Part shown: one piece after another, positions 50,525 to 59,000 of the stretch
How the letters are laid out: the number at the start of each line of letters is the position of its first letter
Position numbering within the stretch: position 1 is the stretch's first letter
Origin: Minisyncoccota bacterium
GTDB lineage: Bacteria; Patescibacteriota; Minisyncoccia; Phycocordibacterales; JBAYGS01
DNA length: 64,000 bases
NCBI GenBank assembly: GCA_041666545.1
Contig: JBAYGS010000003.1
Span: 41,086 to 105,085, forward strand
Direction: 5' to 3'
Notes under the pieces: model-generated
Told to the model about the DNA's origin: nothing
Database searches by the model: none
What the model saw: only the letters and a program-made list of their open reading frames with translations
Program-made: the position numbers and the translations under genes

Positions 50525-50836
50525 CTAATCTTGTCGGCCACAACTCTCGCTTTGCCGTCGCAAAGCTCGGTCGCAGCCCCCGCCTCGCGGCCTCGCCTGC
50601 TGGCTCGGCATCGCACCGCAAGGGTACTTCCAATTTCTAACTCGCATAGCTCGAAGAAATTTAGGTCGCTCCGGCTCGGACAAGTATCGAAATCGGACTT
50701 GTCGTCACAAATATTTTGTTCGCCGTCGCTCACAAAATTTTCTGACCACGCCTCGGCTGTTTTGCTTGCTCACAAAACATGCCTCCGGCTCGGACAAGTA
50801 TCGAAAAAAGCGGAGCAGTCCGCTTTTTTCTATCTT
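50525..50836 (-). repeat. Tandem structured repeat units (tRNA-trailer family B)
   Basis: Direct repeat CTCCGGCTCGGACAAGTATCGAAA at ~50669 and ~50783; core similar to 57228-57297. Confidence 0.75.
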
Positions 50837-50993
50837 GTCCGCCCGGTAGGAAGTTCGACCCTTACAGGGTCAGTGCCCTGTTTGGATTTTTCTTGCGCGT
50901 GAGAAAGCTTAGAAAAATGCTCAAACAGGCTTCGATTCCTACACGGAGACATAACATGTCTCCTCGGGCGGACCATTCCGCTTCGCTACATAG
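50837..50993 (-). ncRNA. tRNA-trailer element family A, Lys copy
   Basis: Hairpin-split antisense of the tRNA 3' end, long hairpin, TGTAA-loop hairpin, distal duplicate of the tRNA 3' end. Confidence 0.7.
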
Positions 50994-51066
50994 TCCGCCC
51001 GGTAGGAATCGAACCTACGACCTTCTCCTTAAAAGGGAGCCGCTCTACCAACTGAGCTACGGGCGG
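50994..51066 (-). tRNA. tRNA-Lys(TTT)
   Basis: Cloverleaf, loop CTTTTAA, GTTCGATTC, CCA not encoded. Confidence 0.93.
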
Positions 51067-51146
51067 ATAAAAAAGTAGAAGAACTATATCAAAAAATAGT
51101 TCTTTGTCCAATTACTATAAACTATAAACTAGCTGCTACCAGTCGA

Positions 51147-51521
51147 CTAAAGCGGCAAATCAAAGGCGAGAAAACCCGGGCCGCTAACTAAAAGTGAAAG
51201 CAAGATTACGATGAGTAGTAAGTAAACCCGCTTATTGTAAACAATTGCACCGGCCCATCTCGGAGTTTTGGATTTCAATGCTTGAATTAGCAAAATCAAA
51301 ATCAAAACTAAGGCAACTGGTTGGGTGAATAATCCGATAACCAAAAAAATTCCGCCCAAAACCTCTAAGAGGGCAATTATTCTGGCCAGAATTGATTTTG
51401 GGGCCGAGAGACTCCTGTAAAGCTGGTAACCGGAATAAATAATAATCAAACCGGCCACGATCCGAAGAAGCGTCGGTCCGGCGAGTCCGTAGGTCAATAA
51501 ATTTGGAAAAATACTTAACAT
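51147..51521 (-). CDS. DoxX family membrane protein
   Basis: LLRIVAG, LE..GG.FL..GLFTQ, SGPG..AFDLPL. Confidence 0.85.
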   Translation of the reverse strand: MLSIFPNLLTYGLAGPTLLRIVAGLIIIYSGYQLYRSLSAPKSILARIIALLEVLGGIFLVIGLFTQPVALVLILILLIQALKSKTPRWAGAIVYNKRVYLLLIVILLSLLVSGPGFLAFDLPL

Positions 51522-51678
51522 GGCATTATGATAGCATAATGAATAATCAATAACCAAGAAACAATAACCAAGAAACAATAACCAAGGTAAGTAGACGCTA
51601 CCGAGTATTGTTAATCGGAATTTGTTCGGTTATTGTTTCTTGGTCATTGGTGATTGTGGAGTGATTTTATATTTAATT

Positions 51679-52161
51679 ATGTCAAAACAAAAAAAAGAAG
51701 TTTGTCTCGTGCTAGACAATATCCGAAGTGTCTATAATGTTGGCGCGATTTTTCGGACTGCCGACGCTTTGGCTGTTGATAAAATCTATTTAGTCGGTGT
51801 GACACCTGCGCCGATTGATCGTTTTGGCCGATTTCGCAAAGATTTGGCTAAATCTGCTTTGGGTGCGGAGAAGAGTGTGGCTTGGGAATCGGTTTCGACC
51901 CTGACTGTTGTCTTAAAAAAACTAAAAAAAGCTGATTATCAATTGATTGCGGTCGAACAAGGCAACGGTTCAGTTGATTATAAAAAGGTAAAGATTAAAG
52001 CAAAAGTTGCTTTTGTCGTGGGTGAAGAAACCAAGGGAATCACTAAAAAATCTTTAGCTCTTTGCGATTTAGTAGCCGAAATCCCGATGCGTGGCCAAAA
52101 AGAGTCGCTCAATGTTTCCGTGGCGACCGGAGTGGCGCTTTTTAGAATTCTGAATCAGTAG
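51679..52161 (+). CDS. SpoU/TrmH family RNA methyltransferase
   Basis: DNIRSVYNVGAIFRTAD, GEE.KG, IPMRGQKESLNVSVA. Confidence 0.93.
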   Translation: MSKQKKEVCLVLDNIRSVYNVGAIFRTADALAVDKIYLVGVTPAPIDRFGRFRKDLAKSALGAEKSVAWESVSTLTVVLKKLKKADYQLIAVEQGNGSVDYKKVKIKAKVAFVVGEETKGITKKSLALCDLVAEIPMRGQKESLNVSVATGVALFRILNQ

Positions 52162-53159
52162 CTTGAGATATCGACCGTGTTGCCGGCCGAGTCAATAAGT
52201 TTAATGATTTCTCGTTTGCTTTTCCAAATTTCGTCGGTGCGATTTAAGAAAACCCGCCATTCGGAGGTCGAGTAAAAATCGGTGTCGTTTAGGTGATCGT
52301 CGACACAACCGTTGTAATTAAAGTGAGCCGTGATGAAGTCTTGGCAGGTGTTGCCGGCTTTGAACGGAAAAATCTCAGTTGGCATCTGACAGAGACTGAT
52401 TCTGTCAATGTAGTCGCGACAAGTGTCATTGAAGCTTTGCGGGTCAAGCGGGATGTTGGCGTCTCTGGCGGCCGGACATTGATAGTTGATTATTGGGGTG
52501 AAGGTCTGGAATTGGTTAAGGTAGCCTGAACATTTGTTCCCACGGAAAGAATAGCCGACCGGCGACCGACCGGTTGAGATGATCGCTCGTTCACCCGGTG
52601 TAAGGACAATAGCGCCTTCAGAGTTTAATTGGCCGGAACGAAAGATTTGGGTGCCACCGCCAATAGGATAACCGTTACCGGTTGCGCCACTGGCAATTTT
52701 CCACCCGGTAATATTAACCCCTTTGGCATTATTGCTGGCGGCCCTGATTGTGATGTATTCCTGTTGCGGGTTAGAGGCAATAGCGCCATAGGTGCTATCT
52801 ATTAAGACCAAATCGGCGTAAACCGAAATACCTTTGTCTGGCAAAATGTCCGCTACAGCCGAAGCTGGCCCGGTAGGAGTTTGGGGTGCTTGATTATTGT
52901 TGGTTTGGCCGGTGTTCGAATCGGTCGGGCCGGTACCGCCACTACCGACTAGACCTTCCAAAGGTTTGGGTAGACTGCCATAGCCGGTGCTGTTTTCGCC
53001 AATAGTTGTGGGTGGGATGAGATACGGTCCTTGAGTGGCAATTGGTCGGTTATAGCCACCGGTCCAAACCCAGGCGATGATGATGAGAATCATGATGGCC
53101 ACCAAAGACATAAAGTCTTTGCCGGCGCTTTGAGTTGGTTTAGTTTTTTTATCGGCCAT
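52155..53159 (-). CDS. Membrane-anchored Cys-rich protein with lamin-tail-like domain
   Basis: EYITI, NITGWKI, NKCSGYL, YNGCV, IKLID..G..VD. Confidence 0.65.
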   Translation of the reverse strand: MADKKTKPTQSAGKDFMSLVAIMILIIIAWVWTGGYNRPIATQGPYLIPPTTIGENSTGYGSLPKPLEGLVGSGGTGPTDSNTGQTNNNQAPQTPTGPASAVADILPDKGISVYADLVLIDSTYGAIASNPQQEYITIRAASNNAKGVNITGWKIASGATGNGYPIGGGTQIFRSGQLNSEGAIVLTPGERAIISTGRSPVGYSFRGNKCSGYLNQFQTFTPIINYQCPAARDANIPLDPQSFNDTCRDYIDRISLCQMPTEIFPFKAGNTCQDFITAHFNYNGCVDDHLNDTDFYSTSEWRVFLNRTDEIWKSKREIIKLIDSAGNTVDISSY

Positions 53160-53212
53160 CGAAATAGTATTAGGTATATAGTATTAAGTATATAGTATGG
53201 GGAAAGAAAAAT

Positions 53213-54190
53213 CTAAGAGTAAAGAATTTGATGCTTGGGGCAGAAGTGAGCGCTGCGACCGCCGAGTTTGAGTTTGGTGATGATACCGGAGCATCTTTTC
53301 TTGCCACATTTTCCGCTAGTCTTTTGATAAGCCTGATGGTGATACTGGAAATTGCCCTTGGTGCCGAGTGGAGTGCGATAATCCGAAGTTGAATCACCGC
53401 CAAATTGGATGCCTTTTCTCAAAATCAGCTTCATTGAGTCGAACATCTTTTTTAGCTTTAGTGCAGGAATTTTAGAGACAATCGAGAGGGGATGGATGCC
53501 AGAGTCCCAAAGAATTTCGTCAGAATAAATATTGCCAATGCCGGATACAACTTTTGGGTCCATGAGAACCTGTTTGATTCTGCTTTTGGGCCAAGTGAAT
53601 AGACGGCCTTGGAATTTTTTGAAATCAAAACTTTTTTCGAGGGGTTCTGGGCCAATGTCGGCCAAATGCCCAGTTTCGTGAGCGGTTTTGGTTGGTAGGA
53701 GAGTGACTTTAGCGAACTTTCTCACATCGGAGAGAGCCAAATGTTTGCCATTTGTAAACGAAATAACTAAATGAACGAATCGGCTGTAGGGGTCTTTAAG
53801 CGCCTCGGGCGCAATCGCGATCCAAGGGGAAGCTGTTAGCTGTTGGCCTTTAGCTTTTAGTTTTTCGGATTTACTTGAAACTTTTAACTTGGAACTTGGA
53901 ACTCGCCTGTACGTTCCGTACAGGAGTTGGCCGGTCATTTTCATGTGAACCAGAATTGTCTGACCGTTTGAGAGGTTTATCAAAACATTTTTACCGCGCC
54001 TTTCGACATTTTTAATTTTCGCGCCAATTACGCTGACCCGAAATTTTCGGAAAAATTTCGGGTCCTTAATATTATCTTTTCCCTCATGAATTTTTCCGCC
54101 ATAATCGGTCCAAGCATCAGAAATAGTAAGGCCGGAAATCAGCCGGTCTAGCATTGTTGCGGTAGTGTGGACTTCGGGAAGTTCGGGCAT
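53213..54190 (-). CDS. mutM: Formamidopyrimidine-DNA glycosylase
   Basis: MPELPEV, RRGK, HMKMTG, GIGNIYSDE, C-terminal zinc finger. Confidence 0.96.
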   Translation of the reverse strand: MPELPEVHTTATMLDRLISGLTISDAWTDYGGKIHEGKDNIKDPKFFRKFRVSVIGAKIKNVERRGKNVLINLSNGQTILVHMKMTGQLLYGTYRRVPSSKLKVSSKSEKLKAKGQQLTASPWIAIAPEALKDPYSRFVHLVISFTNGKHLALSDVRKFAKVTLLPTKTAHETGHLADIGPEPLEKSFDFKKFQGRLFTWPKSRIKQVLMDPKVVSGIGNIYSDEILWDSGIHPLSIVSKIPALKLKKMFDSMKLILRKGIQFGGDSTSDYRTPLGTKGNFQYHHQAYQKTSGKCGKKRCSGIITKLKLGGRSAHFCPKHQILYS

Positions 54191-54378
54191 GATTATAAGG
54201 GTATAGCTCCGACGGTTGTTTTACAAGGTCGGGACCCCGTCTAAAGCGTCGGGGCGTAAGGCGTCTAAGGAAGAATGACTTGACAAACAAATGAATTTTA
54301 ATATAGTCTGATTTCAGAAAGGGGTTGGTTTTATAAATCAATCTAAGTGCGGTTAACTCAAAGTGAAAGGATTGGAGT

Positions 54379-54858
54379 ATGAGCGCAAAAAAGCCGGAGG
54401 TCAGCTTGGATTACCTTCTTAATGCCCTGGTTGATATGGGGTTTCTCAAGCAAGCGCAGGTGGATGAAGTTCGGGCCCAAACTCTTCGCAAGGGCGGGGT
54501 GGTCGAATGGCTCATGAAACACGGACGGCTGACTGAGTGGCAGGTCACCAAGGCCAGGGCGGCCCAGTTCGGCGCCGAGGTCATCGAGGACGACAAGGTC
54601 GTCGTCGCTAAGAACTGGAGAAGGCGTTTACCCAGAAGTGTTGGCGCCAAGTTCTTCAAGGAACGCCAGGTGGTTCCGGTCCAAATCAGTGCTGGTGGTA
54701 CCCGGGGTGTCTGCAAGGTGGCGCTGAACGATCCGTCGGACCTCGACACGATTGACTTCCTTTATCACCTGACCCGCATGGACATTGTGGTCAGGGTTGC
54801 TTCGAGGCCAGCTATCAAGAATGCCCTGTCGAAAATGCGCGACCGGGTGGGGCGATAG
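54379..54858 (+). CDS. Stand-alone GspE/PilB N-terminal (MshEN-like) domain protein
   Basis: L..ALVDMGFL...Q and L...G.LTE.Q repeats, VALNDPSDL; no ATPase domain. Confidence 0.7.
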   Translation: MSAKKPEVSLDYLLNALVDMGFLKQAQVDEVRAQTLRKGGVVEWLMKHGRLTEWQVTKARAAQFGAEVIEDDKVVVAKNWRRRLPRSVGAKFFKERQVVPVQISAGGTRGVCKVALNDPSDLDTIDFLYHLTRMDIVVRVASRPAIKNALSKMRDRVGR

Positions 54859-54921
54859 TCAGGGTTTATTGTTTTGCATAACACCAAGATTAGTTCTTGG
54901 TGTTTTTCTATTATTTTTTCT

Positions 54922-56187
54922 CTAGCAGTTTTTTAATTCCTCTCTAGCAACAGTCGCATCATCCCAAGGGATTTTGGTGCCGTTTGGCCCGCAGATACAG
55001 GGGTCGGTGCCTTTGCCAGTAATTAAAACCGTATCGCCAGTTTGGGCGAGTTTCAAAGCCTCGCGAATCGCTTCGCGGCGGTCCATAATAATTTTATATT
55101 GTCCGTCGGCGATTCCTTTAGCCACTTCCTCAACGATTGCTCTCGGGTCCTCATCGTAAGGGTCTTCATTGGTAAGAATTATTTCATCGCAATATTGATC
55201 GGCAACTTTCCCCATGGCCGGTCTTTTCCATTTGTCTCGGCCGCCACCGGTGTTTCCCAAGACGCAGATTTTTCGCGAATCTTGGAAAACCTGATAAAGC
55301 TTTTCTAGGGAATCGGCGGTATGGGCGTAGTCAACAATTACCTCAAACTTCTGATTGTCAGAAATCTTTACATTTTCCACTCGACCGCGGATCCCTTTGA
55401 ATCTTTCCAGGGCGGATTTTATAACCGAAATTCCGATACTTTGCGATTTGGCATAAGTAATGGCCGCGAGCATATTGTAAACATTAAAAAGACCGGAAAG
55501 GTGAGAGGTGATCAAGGTCTTGTCGATTGTAATATCGGTGTCATGAAGGTGTAGTTCATACGGTTCAGCATCTTTGACCGAGAACTTGATTTTCTCCGCA
55601 ATATTTAGAGCGAGAAATAGAGCTAATTCTTTATCGTCGCCATTTACCACCAAAACTCTTCGCTTCTTTTTGGATTTGGCCAGAGCCCGACCGATTGAGA
55701 GTTTGGCGTCTTTATATTTTTCAAATGAGCCATGAGCCTCAATGTGTTCCGGAGAAATGTTGGTGACGATCAGTCCGTCAAAGTTTATCAGGCGGTGGCG
55801 AGAAAATTGGGCGCCTTGGGAGGTGACTTCAAGGATGGCGTACTGGCAACCCGCCTTCACGGCTCGGCGAAGAAACTTCTGCATGAAAAATCGTCCCGGC
55901 ATCGACATCTTAAATTTATTGTCTTCAGAGTTCTGGTCAATTTTAAAGCGCACTGTGTTTTGTAGAGCAGTTTTAAATCCGGCCTCTTCTAAAATCGCAT
56001 TTAAGATTTCGGTAGTCGAACTTTTTCCTTTGGTGCCGGTGACACCAACGACGATCAGTTTACGAGAAGGGAAGCGGTAAATAATCGCGCCCAAAAGCGA
56101 CATCAGGTAGTGATAGGCCGGCTGAAAAAAGTTGTAAGCCTTAGCCGGAATTATTTTCTCAATTTGTCTTAGAATTTTTTCTTTCAT
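54922..56187 (-). CDS. murE: MurE-type Mur ligase
   Basis: GVTGTKGKS, EVTSQG, DYAHT, GGGRDKWKR, GKG. Confidence 0.9.
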   Translation of the reverse strand: MKEKILRQIEKIIPAKAYNFFQPAYHYLMSLLGAIIYRFPSRKLIVVGVTGTKGKSSTTEILNAILEEAGFKTALQNTVRFKIDQNSEDNKFKMSMPGRFFMQKFLRRAVKAGCQYAILEVTSQGAQFSRHRLINFDGLIVTNISPEHIEAHGSFEKYKDAKLSIGRALAKSKKKRRVLVVNGDDKELALFLALNIAEKIKFSVKDAEPYELHLHDTDITIDKTLITSHLSGLFNVYNMLAAITYAKSQSIGISVIKSALERFKGIRGRVENVKISDNQKFEVIVDYAHTADSLEKLYQVFQDSRKICVLGNTGGGRDKWKRPAMGKVADQYCDEIILTNEDPYDEDPRAIVEEVAKGIADGQYKIIMDRREAIREALKLAQTGDTVLITGKGTDPCICGPNGTKIPWDDATVAREELKNC

Positions 56188-56757
56188 TTATTTACCTAAA
56201 ACTTTTAATGCAGCTTTTATTCTTTCGCCGGTATCAGCAATTTTTAGATCGACTTCTTTTAGCGCTTCACGGGCTTCTTGGTGCTTATAGCCAAGAGCCT
56301 TCAGGGCTTCAAGTGCATCAATTTCGTCACGCAAACTCATTTCATCAGCTTCTGTATCGACACCGAGTTTGCCTTTGAGTTCCAAAACAATTTTGTCGGC
56401 CATTTTTTTGCCAATGCCGGAAACTTTGGTGAGGTGGGCAGTCTCGCCGGAGATAATCGCTTTTCGTAAAGAGGGGACAGTTGTCACATTCAAAATTCCC
56501 AGAGCGGTTTTCGGACCGATGCCAGAGACCGTAATCAAAAGTTCAAAAAAAGAAAGCTCCTCTTTGTTTAAAAAACCATAAAGGTCCAGGGCGTTTTCTC
56601 GGACGGCTAAATGAGTCCAAAGTGAGATAACTTCACTCTTTTGGCTTTTGGCGATAGTTTCGGCGGTAGCGAAGACCTTGTATCCCACTCCACCAACGGA
56701 AATTACCAAATATCGCTCAGTGGTGTCGGCTACGGTACCGCTTAGGTGGGAAATCAT
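56188..56757 (-). CDS. ruvA: Holliday junction DNA-binding protein RuvA
   Basis: GGVGY, LYGF, VSGIGPK, ALKALGY. Confidence 0.97.
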   Translation of the reverse strand: MISHLSGTVADTTERYLVISVGGVGYKVFATAETIAKSQKSEVISLWTHLAVRENALDLYGFLNKEELSFFELLITVSGIGPKTALGILNVTTVPSLRKAIISGETAHLTKVSGIGKKMADKIVLELKGKLGVDTEADEMSLRDEIDALEALKALGYKHQEAREALKEVDLKIADTGERIKAALKVLGK

Positions 56758-56918
56758 GAAGTTAAGTATATAGTATAAGGTATATAGTATAAAGTATCAG
56801 ATAATTCCACAGGAATGGATAAATTTGCATTTTTTGAAAGTCTCTGTTAGTATTGCCCTTGTTCGTTTTTCTGATGTCTTTAACTACAAACTACTCACTA
56901 CCAACTACTAACTAACTT

Positions 56919-57182
56919 ATGCCTATCACATCTTCAGCCAAAAAAGCTCTCCGCGCTTCCAAGAGAAAGCGAGTTTTCAACTTACGACGACAAAAAGCTT
57001 CCGATGAGTTGGTAAAGCAGATTCGCAAACTGGTGGCCCAAAAGAAAGTCTCCGAAGCCAAGGCCTTGCTTCCTAAAGCCTATCAAGCTCTGGATAAATC
57101 GGCCAAGATGAAGACTATCAAGAAAAATACCGCTTCCAGAAAGAAATCTCGGTTGGCCAAGCTTCTCAAGAAGAACTCTTAG
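56919..57182 (+). CDS. rpsT: 30S ribosomal protein S20
   Basis: SAKKALR, LDKSAK, KNTASRKKSRL. Confidence 0.97.
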   Translation: MPITSSAKKALRASKRKRVFNLRRQKASDELVKQIRKLVAQKKVSEAKALLPKAYQALDKSAKMKTIKKNTASRKKSRLAKLLKKNS

Positions 57183-57214
57183 TCAAAAATTCCGCCCAAA
57201 GCGGAATTTTTGTT

Positions 57215-57355
57215 TCGGGTGGTCAGGAATATTTTGCTCGCCGTCGCTTGCAAAATTTCACGACCCTGCCCCGCCGGTTTTGCCTGCTAGCAAAACAGGG
57301 CGCTGGCCAGCATATGTATCAAAAAACCTGAAGCAGTTCATGTTTTTCTATCATG
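57215..57355 (-). repeat. tRNA-trailer family B element after tRNA-Arg(CCG)
   Basis: Similar to 50700-50836, including the ACTGCT-loop hairpin and GATAC. Confidence 0.7.
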
Positions 57356-57427
57356 TGCTCTTGGCCAGAATCGAACTGGCATCGTTCCCTTCGGAGGGGA
57401 ACATCCTATCCATTGAACGACAAGAGC
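57356..57427 (-). tRNA. tRNA-Arg(CCG)
   Basis: Anticodon arm TTCCC-CTCCGAA-GGGAA. Confidence 0.93.
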
Positions 57428-57448
57428 AGGATGAAGAGTTGGTAGGAG

Positions 57449-57604
57449 CGGCAGGAAATTCGAAACTTACAGTTTCAGTACCCCGTTGAGCTTATTTTTG
57501 TCGTCCGCCGAGGACGCAAAAATAAGCTCAACGGGGCTTCGATTCCTGACGCAAGCAAAATCGTTTGCTTGCTCCGAGAGCACAAACCTCGCGGACTCGC
57601 TTTG
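57449..57604 (-). ncRNA. tRNA-trailer element family A, Arg(GCG) copy
   Basis: Same scaffold as 50837-50993 but matched to tRNA-Arg(GCG). Confidence 0.7.
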
Positions 57605-57676
57605 TGCTCTCGGCAGGAATCGAACCTGCATTTCTCCCTTCGCAGGGGAGTGTCCTATCCATTGAACGACGGGAGC
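57605..57676 (-). tRNA. tRNA-Arg(GCG)
   Basis: Anticodon arm CTCCC-CTGCGAA-GGGAG. Confidence 0.92.
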
Positions 57677-57775
57677 ATATATTGAATTTGCTTACTTTAG
57701 CTTAAAAACCAAAGAATATCAAAACCAATCTTCTAATTAAGCTAGTGAAGCTAATGAAGCTAGCACAGCTAGTCT

Positions 57776-58234
57776 CTAAAATCCCAAAAATCCCATCACT
57801 TGTTCGGAGAAGGGAACTCGCAGGGGCTCTTCTTTGATGTAGTCGTTGAGATAGTCTTTGACCACAATTATGTCGACTTCTCCTAAAGGTAGAGTGATAA
57901 TCGGCAAAAAACCGCTCTGTGCTTTCAAGATCAATTTCGGCCCCGACTCATCACCATCAATTCCGAAAGCTAAAAGATTGCCAAATGGATAGAAAATCTC
58001 CCCGGAAAGGATGCCCTCCTGATTAATTTCAAAAGTAATCAATTTTGGCGGGCGTCGGGTGTGCATAAAAAGGGTGGCGGCAGCAATGACAATGAGGACG
58101 GCAAAAAGGGCGTTGCCAAAAATAATGGCACTGACGACCAGCGAGGCAATAATAATAACCGTGGCGACATACCAGTCGGAAGTTCTAGTTTTGACTGGAT
58201 ATTCCAGAGCTTGCCACTGTAAAGACTTTCTCAT
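57776..58234 (-). CDS. Hypothetical two-TM membrane protein
   Basis: W.ALEY...R.SDWY, TM pair, PH-like tail. Confidence 0.75.
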   Translation of the reverse strand: MRKSLQWQALEYPVKTRTSDWYVATVIIIASLVVSAIIFGNALFAVLIVIAAATLFMHTRRPPKLITFEINQEGILSGEIFYPFGNLLAFGIDGDESGPKLILKAQSGFLPIITLPLGEVDIIVVKDYLNDYIKEEPLRVPFSEQVMGFLGF

Positions 58235-58236
58235 GA

Positions 58237-58650
58237 CTAAAGATTTATAAACATTAGGATGAAAATCGCGGTTGTAATGAAAGCCGACACCAAACACCAA
58301 GTGCAATACTGTTTGATGATGAAGGTTTGGACCAAAGACAGGCTAAATGACATTAAAAATCCTCCCGCGCTAATCAGAAATAAAAGTAAAGCGACTGTCG
58401 GCGAATTAGCTGACGGCAGAAAAACAAAATAGGTATAACATAGAGCGATAAGTCCATAATAGGCCATACCCGCCACTTCCAGTCTGACACCCATCAGGGA
58501 GCCAAACCTGCTCCTAACCACGGCATCACAATCGAAACCGACCGGACAGACGATTGGGGTCGGCTTCTGCTTTTCGGTGTAAATAAAATGGGAAACGGCG
58601 AAGCCACAGAAACCTAGAACTGCGATGATAATGAAAATAGCTAACGGCAT
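58237..58650 (-). CDS. Vitamin K epoxide reductase family protein
   Basis: CPVGFDC..V..S loop and C-terminal CTWC. Confidence 0.9.
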   Translation of the reverse strand: MPLAIFIIIAVLGFCGFAVSHFIYTEKQKPTPIVCPVGFDCDAVVRSRFGSLMGVRLEVAGMAYYGLIALCYTYFVFLPSANSPTVALLLFLISAGGFLMSFSLSLVQTFIIKQYCTWCLVSAFITTAIFILMFINL

Positions 58651-58734
58651 ATTTAAACTATTGTAGCATAACTTTAGTGAGCTCGAGCAGTTGATTGGCT
58701 TTGCTTCGGGTCAGTCTTTTGGTATCATTGTCGT

Positions 58735-58950
58735 ATGCCAACTGATCCACAAATTTTCTGGTTTTTGATTCTGAGTATCGTCTGGGTTTTGCCTTGGAAA
58801 GGTTATGCCTTGTGGATGGCGGCCAAGCGAAATGATACCAAATGGTTTGTTGCAATTTTGATTTTAAACACACTCGCAATTTTGGAAATAATTTATATTT
58901 TCTTTGTTGTGAGGCGTGATAAAAATAAAAGCGAGGAGGCGGAGTCATAA
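58735..58950 (+). CDS. Small membrane protein (DUF5652-like)
   Basis: W.LPWKGYALW.AA.R...WF..ILILNT..ILEI.Y. Confidence 0.75.
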   Translation: MPTDPQIFWFLILSIVWVLPWKGYALWMAAKRNDTKWFVAILILNTLAILEIIYIFFVVRRDKNKSEEAES

Positions 58951-58961
58951 AATTTTAATTT

Positions 58962-58996
58962 CAAACACCCCGAGTTTCAATAACTCGGGGTGTTTC
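58962..58996. terminator. Bidirectional terminator
   Basis: AAACACCCCGAGTT...AACTCGGGGTGTTT. Confidence 0.8.
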
Positions 58997-59000
58997 GTTT

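Noticed and set aside
50525-50810. Possible CRISPR array (24-bp direct repeat)
   Set aside because: Only two copies about 114 bp apart, structured interior, no cas genes.
50212-51078. ORFs of 173, 196 and 99 aa over the tRNA-Lys trailer
   Set aside because: They overlap the kinase end, structured repeats and a tRNA, and read as translated repeat DNA.
54218-54256. GTCGGGACCCCG...CGTCGGGGC palindromic patch
   Set aside because: REP-like, but single copy in this window and too short to support a call.
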